Shown: positions 27,142 through 36,756, numbered from the stretch's first letter. The stretch: 64,000 nt of DNA from Collinsella sp. (GCA_052281595.1 DAWBRY010000004.1:67854-131853), one strand, 5' to 3'. The notes: generated by a model from the letters alone, not told the origin. Numbers and translations are program-made.

Positions 27142-28074
27142 TCAGCCGTTCTTTGTTTGGCGGTATACGCGGAGCTCCCACTGCTTGCGCTCGACTTTCG
27201 CCACGGCGTCCAGGATGAAACCCGTGGCGAGCGAGAGCGCAGCCATGAACATGAGCGCTACGGCGAGGATCGCGGTCGGGAACCGGGGCACGAGGCCGGT
27301 GGCGAGGTATTCGGTCACGACCGGGATGCCGGCACACAGGCCGCCGATGCAGAACAGCAGGGCGACCAGCGAGAAAAACTTCAACGGACGGTAGTCCTTG
27401 AACAGGGTGCCGATCATGGCGATTACCTTCAGCCCGTCTCTCACTGTGTTCAATTTCGAGACCGAGCCCTCGGGGCGGTTTCGGTATTCCACGGGGACAT
27501 CGGCGATCCGCCAGCGGCGATCGACGGCATGGATCGATAGCTCAGTCTCGATCTGGAAGCCCTCGGACAGGACCGGAAAGGTCTTAACGAACGGCCTGGA
27601 CATGGCACGGTAGCCGGTCATGACGTCCTCGAAGCCGTAGCCGTATATCCATCTGATCATGGCGCGCACGAGGTCGTTGCCGAAGCCGTGAAAGGCGCGG
27701 GCGTTCTGCTGCGCATAGGTACCGTTGGATAGACGGTCCCCGACGACCATATCGGCCTCGCCCGCGAGGATGGGAGCGCAGAGCGATCGCGCCGATTCCG
27801 CCGGGTAGGTGTCGTCGCCGTCGACCATGAGGTAGCAGTCGGCATCGATGTCGCGGAACATCTGCCGACAGACATTGCCCTTGCCCTGGCGAGGCTCATA
27901 CTTGACGATAGCGCCTCGCGTGCGGGCGATCTCGGCGGTGCCGTCGGTCGAGTTGTTGTCGTAGACGTAGACGGTCGCCTCGGGAAGCTCGCTGCGGAAG
28001 TCATCGATGACCTTGCCGATAGTCAAGGCCTCGTTATAGCAGGGAATGATGACCGCAATACCGTCTCGAACCAC
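27142..28074 (-). CDS. Family-2 glycosyltransferase (GtrB/DPM1-like polyprenyl-phosphate sugar transferase) with two C-terminal TM helices.
   Basis: VIIPCYNE…YDNNSTDGT…VDGDDTY (the DxD region) plus a C-terminal hydrophobic pair. This is the typical GtrB layout. Confidence 0.75.
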   Translation of the reverse strand: MVRDGIAVIIPCYNEALTIGKVIDDFRSELPEATVYVYDNNSTDGTAEIARTRGAIVKYEPRQGKGNVCRQMFRDIDADCYLMVDGDDTYPAESARSLCAPILAGEADMVVGDRLSNGTYAQQNARAFHGFGNDLVRAMIRWIYGYGFEDVMTGYRAMSRPFVKTFPVLSEGFQIETELSIHAVDRRWRIADVPVEYRNRPEGSVSKLNTVRDGLKVIAMIGTLFKDYRPLKFFSLVALLFCIGGLCAGIPVVTEYLATGLVPRFPTAILAVALMFMAALSLATGFILDAVAKVERKQWELRVYRQTKNG

Positions 28075-28086
28075 TGTCTGCGCTCC

Positions 28087-28317
28087 CTATTTGATATCCA
28101 GATAGACACACGGCGTGTTGCAGGACGTGTTCGCGGGCCCCGCAACGGCGATAAAACCGTGACCGGCATCCATAACCTCAGCATTTGCAATATCGGGAGG
28201 CAGGCGGAACAGGTCCTCATAGTCGATAAATGCTGCGCATGTCCTATACCCGCCGCTGCGGATAATCACAAGCTCGTTTACCTCGGTCTTCGTTCGGCAA
28301 TACTCAATAACGGTCAT
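28087..28317 (-). CDS. Small hypothetical protein co-transcribed upstream of the GT2 gene.
   Basis: 76-aa ORF, 12 nt upstream of the GT2 start. Preceded by a duplicated promoter module. Confidence 0.35.
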   Translation of the reverse strand: MTVIEYCRTKTEVNELVIIRSGGYRTCAAFIDYEDLFRLPPDIANAEVMDAGHGFIAVAGPANTSCNTPCVYLDIK

Positions 28318-28615
28318 AAGAGTGCTCCTTCTCGGCTCTGCTTTCCAGTATCGTGAGACTTTTACCCTTGGTGAAAAAATCTATTCGCTGAACGGGGCAT
28401 ATATTGAAAAAGGCACCCGTTGTCCGGGTGCCTTCACATGGGCGTTGCGAGCCCCGCCGGTGTCCGGCGGGGCTTTGGTTTTCACTGAGTGGGCTACAGG
28501 TCGTCTTCCAGGATGGGATAGTGGGCGGTGAGGCTGCGGAACTTGCGGTAGTAATCGCTCAGGCGGTCGGTCACGCGGTGGCGCTTGTCGTCGCGGGTAT
28601 CCTTTCGCTTACTTT

Positions 28616-29629
28616 CTAGAAGAGGTCGGCGAACATCGAATCGTCCTCCCCGTAGTCGTCATCGTCGTCAGGATCATCATCGCTGCCGATTTCATTGGGG
28701 TCCTCGTCGGGATCTTCGGCCGGGTCCGAACCGTCATCAGCCACAGTATCGCTACCGGCGGACTCGATTTCCAAGCCGCCGGGTTCGGGGCCGGCATCGG
28801 TCTCCGTGCTGTCTCCCGCAGTATCCGTGGAGGGCTCGGGTGAATCCTTATCGGGGCCGTCTTCCATCGAGACTTGATTTTCGTCGCCGTCTCCGGCGTC
28901 GATTGTCGGCGCGTCACCGTCTGCCGCGTCATGGGACGGCTGCGGTTCACTTTCGGTCGCCTCGACGTCGGTGGGCGAATCGTCGGAGACGGTGCCACCG
29001 CCGCTCACCATGCCCTCGGCGGTCTTCATGGCGACGAGCTGCCCGCCGAAGGTCATGAGCTCCATGTGCGCGTACTGCTCGGGATCGACCACGACCGTGG
29101 GCTCGGGACGGAGCTCCATGAGGTTCCGGTCGCCGCGCGTCCAGGCTCCGCGGGTCCATGTGATGCCCGAGTCGAGGTCGCTCCAATCAATCAGGTCGTC
29201 GGCCATGAGCATGCCGTCGCCGAACGAGAGAACGGTCGGCACGATCGTCTCGTAGCTGCCGGACTCATAGTAGATGCAGAGGCCCTGGCCGTGGTCTCCC
29301 ATGAAGTTGCCGCTGTCGTCGAACAGCACCTCGAACACCGACGCAGCCAAACGCGAGCCGTCCTCGGTCCTCACGAGAATCGGCTTGCCGTCCGCATAGA
29401 CACCTTCGACGGCTTCCAGCTCGTCCGGCTCGATGATCGTCACGGCGCGCTTGAGGAGCTGCATGTCGTCGCTCGTGGTGATGAACACGCTGCGCTCAAG
29501 TAGCACGCCCTGGTTAAGGTAATCGGAAATGTCGAGGAAGTCGTCCTCGAGCATGATGCCGCTGTGCAGGTCCATTCGCGTCGTCTCGATCACGCGGACC
29601 CTGTCGTGCATCTTCACGATGATGTTCAC
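28616..29629 (-). CDS. Hypothetical protein with an extremely acidic disordered C-terminal third, ending …DDDDDYGEDDSMFADLF.
   Basis: 337-aa ORF immediately downstream of the relaxase (3-nt gap). The last ~110 aa are about 45% Asp/Glu. Confidence 0.55.
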   Translation of the reverse strand: MNIIVKMHDRVRVIETTRMDLHSGIMLEDDFLDISDYLNQGVLLERSVFITTSDDMQLLKRAVTIIEPDELEAVEGVYADGKPILVRTEDGSRLAASVFEVLFDDSGNFMGDHGQGLCIYYESGSYETIVPTVLSFGDGMLMADDLIDWSDLDSGITWTRGAWTRGDRNLMELRPEPTVVVDPEQYAHMELMTFGGQLVAMKTAEGMVSGGGTVSDDSPTDVEATESEPQPSHDAADGDAPTIDAGDGDENQVSMEDGPDKDSPEPSTDTAGDSTETDAGPEPGGLEIESAGSDTVADDGSDPAEDPDEDPNEIGSDDDPDDDDDYGEDDSMFADLF

Positions 29630-29632
29630 CGT

Positions 29633-31693
29633 CTATCTCCTCCTCGTATGGTTTGTCGGTGTGTAGCCGTCGTCCCCGCTATCGTCGCGGGACGGTGCGT
29701 ATGCCCGCGCGTCCCTCGCGTTGCCCTTGTCCCTCTTCTCGAGCTCGAGCTCCTTGGCCTTCGGGTGCGAGTTCAGCAGCGCGTTGACGTCAGCGATTGT
29801 CGGTTCGCCGCCGAGGCTGTCGACGTCGGCCTGCGCGACGACGCCGGACTCCACGAGGTCTTCAAGGTATTTCATCTGCCTCTCGGTCGCCGGTCGCTGT
29901 AGATACGGCTCCCATCCGGGTTTCGCCTTCGTGACGTCCCCGTCTGGCACTGCAACAGTCACGGGGGCGTCCTGCGCCCATTCGCTTCCGGCCATGCCGT
30001 ACGCCGAGCGGGCGGCGCGCAAGTCCTCCTCGCGCTGCTCGCTTACGATCTTCGCCTTGGCGCGCTCGTGGTCGCGCTCGATCTGCTTGATCCTGTCCGG
30101 CGTCAGCGCGCCGGCAGCGATCGCCTGCGAATAGGCCTCCCTGTAGCGGACGTATTCGCGCGTCAGCTCGGCGCTCTGGTCGGCGGTGATGACCTTAGCG
30201 CCGCGCACGTTGCGCCCGGCGCCCTTCTGCCTCTCGCCGCGCCCGCGGACATCGGTGGGGCCGATCGGCATCTGCGAGGAAGCCAGGACATCGACCGCGG
30301 CGGAAAGGCGGCGCGAGCGGTTGCGGATGTCGCCCGCAGTGGAAGCGAGGTTAGCGGCGTCGGCCTTGACGCCCTCGCGGCGCGCGAGGAGGTCGGTATA
30401 GGTCGTATCGGTGAGCCCGATGCCGCGCTCGGCCATCCACTTGCGGATCGCCTCCATCTCGCGGAGCTCCACGGCGTTGTCCTCGCGCCATGCCGCCAGG
30501 ACGCCCGGGTCGGTCGGGCGGGCGGTCAGCTGCGCGGCGCAGGCCGTGTAGACCTCGACTTGGCGGATCGCCTCGGCGGTCTGCTCGGCCTCCAGCTTGA
30601 GCGCGTCAGCCCTCGCGTCGAGCGCGTCGACCTCGGCGGCAAGGCGCTTCGCGTCCGCCGCCATGTCCGCGTAGCATCGGTAGCCGCGCTCACGGATGAT
30701 GTTCACCGCGTCGGCGGCGGCAGCGAGGCGCGCGGCGGAGCGCTCGATCCTCTTCGACCGCTCGAGGTTGTTTGACGCCACCGCCTCGAACGTCATGGGC
30801 GGCAGGACGACGTCGGGGACTAGGTCCTCGGCGCACATCCTGACGTTCGGGCGCCGTCCTTCCAGTCGCACGGCAAGGCGCTCGCGCAACCCTTCGACCG
30901 TATAGGAGTCGTCCAGCTTGTATCCCTTTACGGGACGCCCTTTGCCCTCGGGCGGGTAGAACGTCAGCACGCCGCGGCGGTTGATGTTGATTCGGTATCC
31001 CTTTTCCGTCAGGCGCCTCTCGAGCGCGGGCCATGTCCGGCAGCCCTGAAGGGCAGCCTCGATATCGTCGTGCATCGCGTCGGTCCAGAGTCTCCTGCCG
31101 CTGTACCGGGCGCGGCGCTGGGCGTCCGTCTGATGCCTGCGCGGCGGTCGCGCCTCCTGCAATACGACCTCGCGCCGACGGTCGGGGCGCGGCGTTCTCG
31201 CGTACCAGGAACCGTCCTCGTCCCTCGAGAACTTGAAATTGTCGAAGGCGGCGTAGCCGTAGTCGCGGCAGATGCGCTGGAGCTCCATCGCGTCGGCCTG
31301 CACGTCATCGTCGTCGAGGTGGATCTTCCTGCCGTCGACGGGGTTGACGGAGTTGACGACGACGTGGGCATGCGGGATGCCGTTGTCGACGTGCGTCTCG
31401 ATCACCCACTGGTAGCCGCCGTAGCGCTCCCTCACCCAATCGTATGCCAATGTGTCGACCGCCTTGGCATCCAATCCGTCCTCGGGGTCGGGTGAGATCA
31501 CGAAATGGTAGTACTTGCGGCCCGTGTCCTTCTCGAACATCTGGCGCGTCGCGTCCATCTGCTCGTCCCAATCGGCGCTATCGAGATCGATCGAGCTCGA
31601 GCGGAACGTCATGGCACGGCCGTTGCGCGCAAGGTAGTCCTTGATCTGCCTACAGCCGCCGAACTTCCGGGCGAGCGTCTTGAGCATCGCCAT
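29633..31693 (-). CDS. MOB-family relaxase (MobA/VirD2-like nickase N-domain) with a long C-terminal extension.
   Basis: KYYHFVISPDPED… and GIPHAHVVVNSVNPVDGRKIH (relaxase histidine triad region). 686 aa. Start overlaps the mobC stop. Confidence 0.8.
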   Translation of the reverse strand: MAMLKTLARKFGGCRQIKDYLARNGRAMTFRSSSIDLDSADWDEQMDATRQMFEKDTGRKYYHFVISPDPEDGLDAKAVDTLAYDWVRERYGGYQWVIETHVDNGIPHAHVVVNSVNPVDGRKIHLDDDDVQADAMELQRICRDYGYAAFDNFKFSRDEDGSWYARTPRPDRRREVVLQEARPPRRHQTDAQRRARYSGRRLWTDAMHDDIEAALQGCRTWPALERRLTEKGYRININRRGVLTFYPPEGKGRPVKGYKLDDSYTVEGLRERLAVRLEGRRPNVRMCAEDLVPDVVLPPMTFEAVASNNLERSKRIERSAARLAAAADAVNIIRERGYRCYADMAADAKRLAAEVDALDARADALKLEAEQTAEAIRQVEVYTACAAQLTARPTDPGVLAAWREDNAVELREMEAIRKWMAERGIGLTDTTYTDLLARREGVKADAANLASTAGDIRNRSRRLSAAVDVLASSQMPIGPTDVRGRGERQKGAGRNVRGAKVITADQSAELTREYVRYREAYSQAIAAGALTPDRIKQIERDHERAKAKIVSEQREEDLRAARSAYGMAGSEWAQDAPVTVAVPDGDVTKAKPGWEPYLQRPATERQMKYLEDLVESGVVAQADVDSLGGEPTIADVNALLNSHPKAKELELEKRDKGNARDARAYAPSRDDSGDDGYTPTNHTRRR

Positions 31694-31694
31694 G

Positions 31695-32276
31695 CTAGCG
31701 CTCGACCTCCGATTGCTTCCTGAGCTGCACCATGAGGCCGCGCGTCTCCGCGAGCGCCTTGCAGTACGGGTCCTTCAGCGTCGCGACGAAGTTCTCGATC
31801 TGCTCAACGAGTTCGCGGCGGCGCTCGTGGCTCACGTCCGGCATGTCCTGTAAGAGCAGCAGCGTGTTCGCCGCGGCGGCGAGCTGGTTCAGGTTCACGC
31901 CCTGCTTGTTGAGTTCGTAGAAATACTTCTGGAAGAAATCGGGGTCGCCGATGTAGTACATGGGCGTGTGGAGTATTCGGTCGACCATGAAGCGCGACTG
32001 CGTCATGCCGGCTTTCCGCGCGCCCGTGCGTATAAAGGTGTCCTCGTAGGGCGTCACGTTGAAATGCTTCTGCACCGTGCGGTGCTCGGTATCGAGCAGC
32101 CCCTCCAGTGCCTCCTTCACGTCCACGCGCTCGCCGCCGGGCAGCTTCGCCAGCGTGAATTCATGCTTGCCGTAGACCGCCGTCTCGCGGATGAAGTTTG
32201 TCACGGTCGTGCCCGCAAGACGTGCCTTCGCCTTGAGCGCGCCGATCTCCTCCTCGGTCAACCTGATGCTGACCAT
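31695..32276 (-). CDS. mobC: MobC-like ribbon-helix-helix relaxosome accessory protein.
   Basis: MVSIRLTEEEIGALKAKARLAGTTVTNFIRETAV. The RHH fold sits immediately upstream of the relaxase. The longer ORF to 32453 is a GC-rich extension. Confidence 0.6.
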   Translation of the reverse strand: MVSIRLTEEEIGALKAKARLAGTTVTNFIRETAVYGKHEFTLAKLPGGERVDVKEALEGLLDTEHRTVQKHFNVTPYEDTFIRTGARKAGMTQSRFMVDRILHTPMYYIGDPDFFQKYFYELNKQGVNLNQLAAAANTLLLLQDMPDVSHERRRELVEQIENFVATLKDPYCKALAETRGLMVQLRKQSEVER

Positions 32277-32436
32277 CCTCGTCTGTGAGGTGGCTTCCTT
32301 TGCCACGCTTCCTCCAATTCCTCGCGCACCCGTGCGCGACCCCGGTCCAAGGGCGGAGCCCTGGCAAGCGCCGAAGGCGGGCGGGTTTCCGTCGGCGGGC
32401 CGTGCCCGGTGGCGGAAATCTGACCGACTCCGGCGG

Positions 32437-32475
32437 CATAGTTGTACATACATCTACGATGGAGGTACAACTATG
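32437..32475. other. Candidate oriT: 11-bp perfect inverted repeat in an AT-rich patch upstream of mobC.
   Basis: CATAGTTGTAC-atacatctacgatggag-GTACAACTATG, about 160 nt 5' of mobC in a locally low-GC region. Confidence 0.4.
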
Positions 32476-32688
32476 CGTCTCTTGCGAAGTTTTCAGTATC
32501 CTACCCCTATTTGCCTGGGTTTAAACCGCTTTACACCGGTCGTTATGTGCCGAAATGTTGCCGGCGTTTATGCCGTCGGTTGTCGCGTTTGAGTTGGAAG
32601 TGATGCCGTTCAGCAGTTGCATGCCCGATCGGACTTGGATACCGTCACGTCTGTATAGGTTGCTTTCTGCGATGAGAAGGAGGGTCAT

Positions 32689-32856
32689 ATGGATGCCGAC
32701 GATTGCGCCCGTATCGTCGAGGGGGTGGCCGCCGTGCTCGACCTGCTCGCGGCCGGAGGCGATGCCGTGGACGACCCGGCGCCGATCTACGAGCTGCTTG
32801 CGGAGCGATGCCGCCATGTCCGGGTGGCGCTCGAGGTCATGACGGGCTGCGAGTAG
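32689..32856 (+). CDS. Small (55-aa) hypothetical protein with a strong RBS. Not in the ORF track because it is shorter than 60 aa.
   Basis: gagaaggagggtcat-ATG…MDADDCARIVEGVAAVLDLLAAGGDAVDDPAPIYELLAERCRHVRVALEVMTGCE*. Confidence 0.4.
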   Translation: MDADDCARIVEGVAAVLDLLAAGGDAVDDPAPIYELLAERCRHVRVALEVMTGCE

Positions 32857-33085
32857 CGGGTGCGTGTGTTTTGGGTTCGCGGCGCGGCGACGAGTGCCGT
32901 GGGGCTGACCAATCCGGGCATCGGGTCGCGGCGGGCAACCGTTTGGCCGTGTCCGGCGCGAGCGTTTCCGCTCGCCTCACACCGTGCCGCCGCGGCGGTT
33001 CCGATATATGCGGGCGTGACATGAAAATGGCCGCCACCGTGTTCCGGTGGCGGCCATCCTGGCGCGTCTTCGCGTGTTGTCGGCT

Positions 33086-33451
33086 TTACGCCTTCTTGTC
33101 CGCAAGGCGTTCGTAGTCGTCGCTCGAGAGCACGACGGCATACACGGCGCCGTCCTTCATCAGGTACGCCATGCCGTTGCGCTCGATGCGGCTCTCGATC
33201 TCGGCCTGTGGGTCGCTGACGCTGCCGAGGTCGACGCTGGACTCCATCAGGCGTCGGATATCGTCCATCGTCAAGTTCTGCATCTGCTCGGTGAACGCTT
33301 GGCGCTTCTGGCGGGCGCGGCGCTTCTCGCGCTTCTCGGCCTCGGCCGTCTTCTTGGCGGCATCGGCTGCGCTGTCCGCAGACGATGCCTTCGGCGACTC
33401 GGTCTCGGTCGGCTCGGTGTCGCGCAGGGTGTCGCTGTCGGTGTCGAACAT
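33086..33451 (-). CDS. Hypothetical protein. Disordered acidic/basic N-terminus plus a small C-terminal domain (…DGAVYAVVLSSDDYERLADKKA).
   Basis: RBS GGGGAGGAG before ATG 33451. The long ORF 33086..34558 is a GC artefact upstream of this start. Confidence 0.5.
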   Translation of the reverse strand: MFDTDSDTLRDTEPTETESPKASSADSAADAAKKTAEAEKREKRRARQKRQAFTEQMQNLTMDDIRRLMESSVDLGSVSDPQAEIESRIERNGMAYLMKDGAVYAVVLSSDDYERLADKKA

Positions 33452-33633
33452 GTTCTCCTCCCCTCTTATCACGTTTCCGGCATTACCTTTCGATGCTACC
33501 CAAAAACGACCGGGCTCATACGCCGCCCGCCGTCTCCGGCGGTACGCAAACTTGCGAGGCGTTTGTGCCGCCGGTCTCGCCATGTGAGCGGAAAAGGATC
33601 CCCGCCATCGGTTTCCGATGGCGGGGATCTCGG

Positions 33634-35454
33634 CTACTTGAAGCCGCGGCGTTGCGAGCCGGCGGTCTTCATGTGGCATCCGGCATGCCCTATGACTATC
33701 AGCTCGTTTTCCCGATCGATGTAGAAGTGAAGGCGGAAGGTATTCTTCTGGCTCCTCCCCTTGATGTGGGCGGAGATGTCGACGGTTCGGCCGCCGTAGT
33801 TCCTCTCGCGCATCTTCATCAGATCGGCGCGCGCCCTGGTGGCGCTGCTCTCGCTGAAGGTGAGCTCGTAACCCGTACGGCGCTGGAACTCGTCTGCGAC
33901 CCGGCCCTCGCAATCGTCGTCCTCGAACAGGAGTCCGTAGAGCGCCGTCGCTGCCCCGCGGACGATATCCCACTCCTCGGCGAGGTTGCCGTCGTATGAT
34001 TTGGCCGAGTCCATCGCCTCGGGAAGGACGACGATGCGGTCGGGCCAGATGGAGCGCGCGAGCTTCAGGAGGTCCGCCAGGTCGCGCGGGATCGCCTGGA
34101 GGCATTCGGCCACCCTCGCGGCCCCGTCGTCGTGCGACGGCGCCGCGCACTGCGCCGCCTTGCGCTCGAGCGCGCGCTTCTCGCCTTCGAGGCGCTGGAC
34201 GGTCCTCGTGAGCTCGTCCACCTTTGCCGTGGCGTCGGAATAGCTCCGCTCCTGGTCCGTCGCGATCTCCTCCCATGCCTCGGCGTCGGATCGCAGGCGC
34301 GCGATCTCCGCGCGCAGGCCGTCGATGTCGGCTACCGGCTCGGCGAGCGCCTTCGTCCGCGCACGCAGGCGCTCGATTCGCTCGCCCTGTCGCTCGCTCT
34401 CCGCGCGGCTGCGCAGCCACAGCACGTCGCCAATCCCGGCGACGTCGCCCGGTCGGCTGTCGATGCCGCGACCGAGGCCCTGCATGAGGACGTTGATGAA
34501 ACCGTCGCGGCCGCCGGCGGCATAGCGCTCGACCCTGTGGCGCGTGAAGAGCGTGCACGCGGACAGCGAGTCCTCGGTCGACAGGTCAATTCCCGGGCGG
34601 TACACCATCACGGCGCTGCGCCCGATCCTGTAGCGCCCGGCCGGTGTCCGGTCGGGCAGCAGGTCGCGGAACGCCTGCACCAATGCGCCGTCGCGCATGT
34701 CGATGACGTATACCGTAGCCATGCCGACGAGCTTCGATGCGAGCTCGGTGGCGTCCCACACAGGTGTCTTACCGTCGTCGTCGGTCGTCATAAGGACGAT
34801 CGGCAGGCAGCGCGCGCGATCGGTCAGGCTCGGCATGAAATCGCGCTTTAGCGTGTCCGCGTCAAGGTATATCTCCTCGACGCTCACGCGCGACGCGCCG
34901 ATCCTCACGTCTAGCTTTCCGCTCGCGAGGATATCGCGCACGACGCGCGGCACGGACGGCAGCGGGTTGCGCTGGTATCCGAAAAAGCCGTTCACGGCGT
35001 AATGCGATACCTGCACGTTGAGGATGCACCCGCCGTCTCCGGCGGGTGCGAGGCCGATCCTCGTGTGCCAGCGGCGGCGCGAGAACTCGCCGTCGAGCTC
35101 ATCGGCCTCGACCGCCCATGCCGCGCCTTGCGCGCCGGATAGGCCGAGAAAGCGGACGGCCTTGGCGGCGTCGGGCTCGTCGGCGGCCGTCCAGCCCGCG
35201 GGCACCGCGATGTCCGCGGCGCCCTCCGGTACGTCCAGGCCCTTGGCGTGCAGCCAGCCCATGACGATCTCCTTCACGGCCTCGGCCGCGTCCGCGCCGT
35301 CGGCCGCTGCGACCTCGAAGCGCGCGCGGTAGTGCGGTGTCTCTCCCGATATGGTCCTCAGTACGGGAGCCAGGGCGGGAGACGCGGGGCGCTGGACTGG
35401 GACGGCGGCAGGTTCGGGCAGCTGTGCGGCCTGCACTCCCCGGCCCCTCAGCAC
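33634..35454 (-). CDS. Large hypothetical protein (~600 aa) with a central coiled coil. Its C-terminus has a RelE/ParE-like signature.
   Basis: The C-terminus …KNTFRLHFYIDRENELIVIGHAGCHMKT fits the RelE/ParE pattern (yRl.Y.id.e…i.Il.igHR). The exact start is uncertain. Confidence 0.45.
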   Translation of the reverse strand: MLRGRGVQAAQLPEPAAVPVQRPASPALAPVLRTISGETPHYRARFEVAAADGADAAEAVKEIVMGWLHAKGLDVPEGAADIAVPAGWTAADEPDAAKAVRFLGLSGAQGAAWAVEADELDGEFSRRRWHTRIGLAPAGDGGCILNVQVSHYAVNGFFGYQRNPLPSVPRVVRDILASGKLDVRIGASRVSVEEIYLDADTLKRDFMPSLTDRARCLPIVLMTTDDDGKTPVWDATELASKLVGMATVYVIDMRDGALVQAFRDLLPDRTPAGRYRIGRSAVMVYRPGIDLSTEDSLSACTLFTRHRVERYAAGGRDGFINVLMQGLGRGIDSRPGDVAGIGDVLWLRSRAESERQGERIERLRARTKALAEPVADIDGLRAEIARLRSDAEAWEEIATDQERSYSDATAKVDELTRTVQRLEGEKRALERKAAQCAAPSHDDGAARVAECLQAIPRDLADLLKLARSIWPDRIVVLPEAMDSAKSYDGNLAEEWDIVRGAATALYGLLFEDDDCEGRVADEFQRRTGYELTFSESSATRARADLMKMRERNYGGRTVDISAHIKGRSQKNTFRLHFYIDRENELIVIGHAGCHMKTAGSQRRGFK

Positions 35455-35457
35455 CCT

Positions 35458-36087
35458 TCAAATGGCCTCCTTGAACGGGGCCTCCATAACGTCGTAGACG
35501 GTATCGGGCGACGTCACCTTCGCGACCTGCTCCAGGGCGCGCATCATGTCGTTCGCGTCGCCCTCGTTGCGGAATACCATCACCGGGACCGTCCCCAGAT
35601 CGCCCGTGCACATGAGCGTGTAGCACTTGGCCGGCTCCGTCTCCGGAGCCTTTGTCCCCGCGGCCGCCGTCTTCTGCCCGTCCGTTTTCGATACCTTCTG
35701 CATTTCTGTCTCTTCCTTCCCCGTATCCTGTGACTGTCGCGCGGCATCGGCCTCCGATGCCGCCTTTCGCGCCTGGCGCCTCTTCGCCTTCCTGTCGCGG
35801 CGTTCCATCGCACGGCGCTCCTCGCGGTTTAACGGGCGCCTCGCAGTCCCCATACCGTCATCGATGCTGCCCTCGCAGGCTTCCCTGGCCCCATCCTCAG
35901 CGAGGTCGAGGCCTTCCGCCTCCACCCACGAATCGAACTTCGCGACCGCCTCGCCTTGCGTACAGCGGTACGTTCTGATCATGAACTTGGCGTTGGGCAT
36001 ACGGACATGCCCCTCATAGCAGCTGTCCTCCAGCTTCCACAGCCCGGCGCGGTAGCGGTCGCCCTTTATCAGCTTACGAGTCGACAT
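35458..36087 (-). CDS. Hypothetical protein.
   Basis: 209-aa ORF with a basic middle and a globular C-terminus. Confidence 0.45.
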   Translation of the reverse strand: MSTRKLIKGDRYRAGLWKLEDSCYEGHVRMPNAKFMIRTYRCTQGEAVAKFDSWVEAEGLDLAEDGAREACEGSIDDGMGTARRPLNREERRAMERRDRKAKRRQARKAASEADAARQSQDTGKEETEMQKVSKTDGQKTAAAGTKAPETEPAKCYTLMCTGDLGTVPVMVFRNEGDANDMMRALEQVAKVTSPDTVYDVMEAPFKEAI

Positions 36088-36640
36088 GGATCGCCCCTTT
36101 CATCACCGGAGCGCCATGTCCTGCGGCGACCATGGGGGCGCCGCAGGACGGGCAACGCGTGCACACCGATACGGTCACGCGTGCGCCGCATCGCCCGCAG
36201 GTGTAGGAATACAGGGCGCGGTCTCCGCGCTCCGTGCGCTCCGGGGACGCCATCAGCGAGACCGGGGCAATCAGGTCGGCCAGGCGCATCGCCGCGATTT
36301 GGTAGGAAGATCGATCCGACCACCCCTTGATATCCAGGGCAGCGAGGATGCGGGCGGTGAAGCTGTCGGCATCCAGCGTGTCGGTGGCGCGCGCCTGGCG
36401 GCGGAGGCCGGCGAGACAGCCTAGCTCGCCGCACGTCATCCCGTCGGCGTCCGGCATCGCCTCGCGGGCCGCCGCGAGCCTCACAACCGCGTGCAAGCAG
36501 CCCAGATAGCCCAGACGCCCGGCGACGTCCACGGCATCGCACACCTCCTCGGCGAAACCCGCACAGTCCATGTGGTGGACGCGGGCCGCGACGGCCTGGA
36601 GTCGCAGGGCGGTGCGGACGCGCCCGGCATCGGCATCCAT
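36074..36640 (-). CDS. Hypothetical protein with a C-terminal zinc ribbon.
   Basis: …YTCGRCGARVTVSVCTRCPSCGAPMV (CxxC…CxxC). Confidence 0.45.
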   Translation of the reverse strand: MDADAGRVRTALRLQAVAARVHHMDCAGFAEEVCDAVDVAGRLGYLGCLHAVVRLAAAREAMPDADGMTCGELGCLAGLRRQARATDTLDADSFTARILAALDIKGWSDRSSYQIAAMRLADLIAPVSLMASPERTERGDRALYSYTCGRCGARVTVSVCTRCPSCGAPMVAAGHGAPVMKGAIHVDS

Positions 36641-36756
36641 CTAGGCCTCCTTCTTGCCGAGATCCGCGATATAGGGCGCGACGCGGTAGCCCTGGGCGCT
36701 GTACTCGAATGCTGTCATTTCCGTTTTCCCTTCTATTCGATGGTGTTCCGACCGGC

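Noticed and set aside
28874-29503. 209-aa plus-strand ORF, and 30068..30775
   Set aside because: They are antisense to the acidic-tail gene and to the relaxase.
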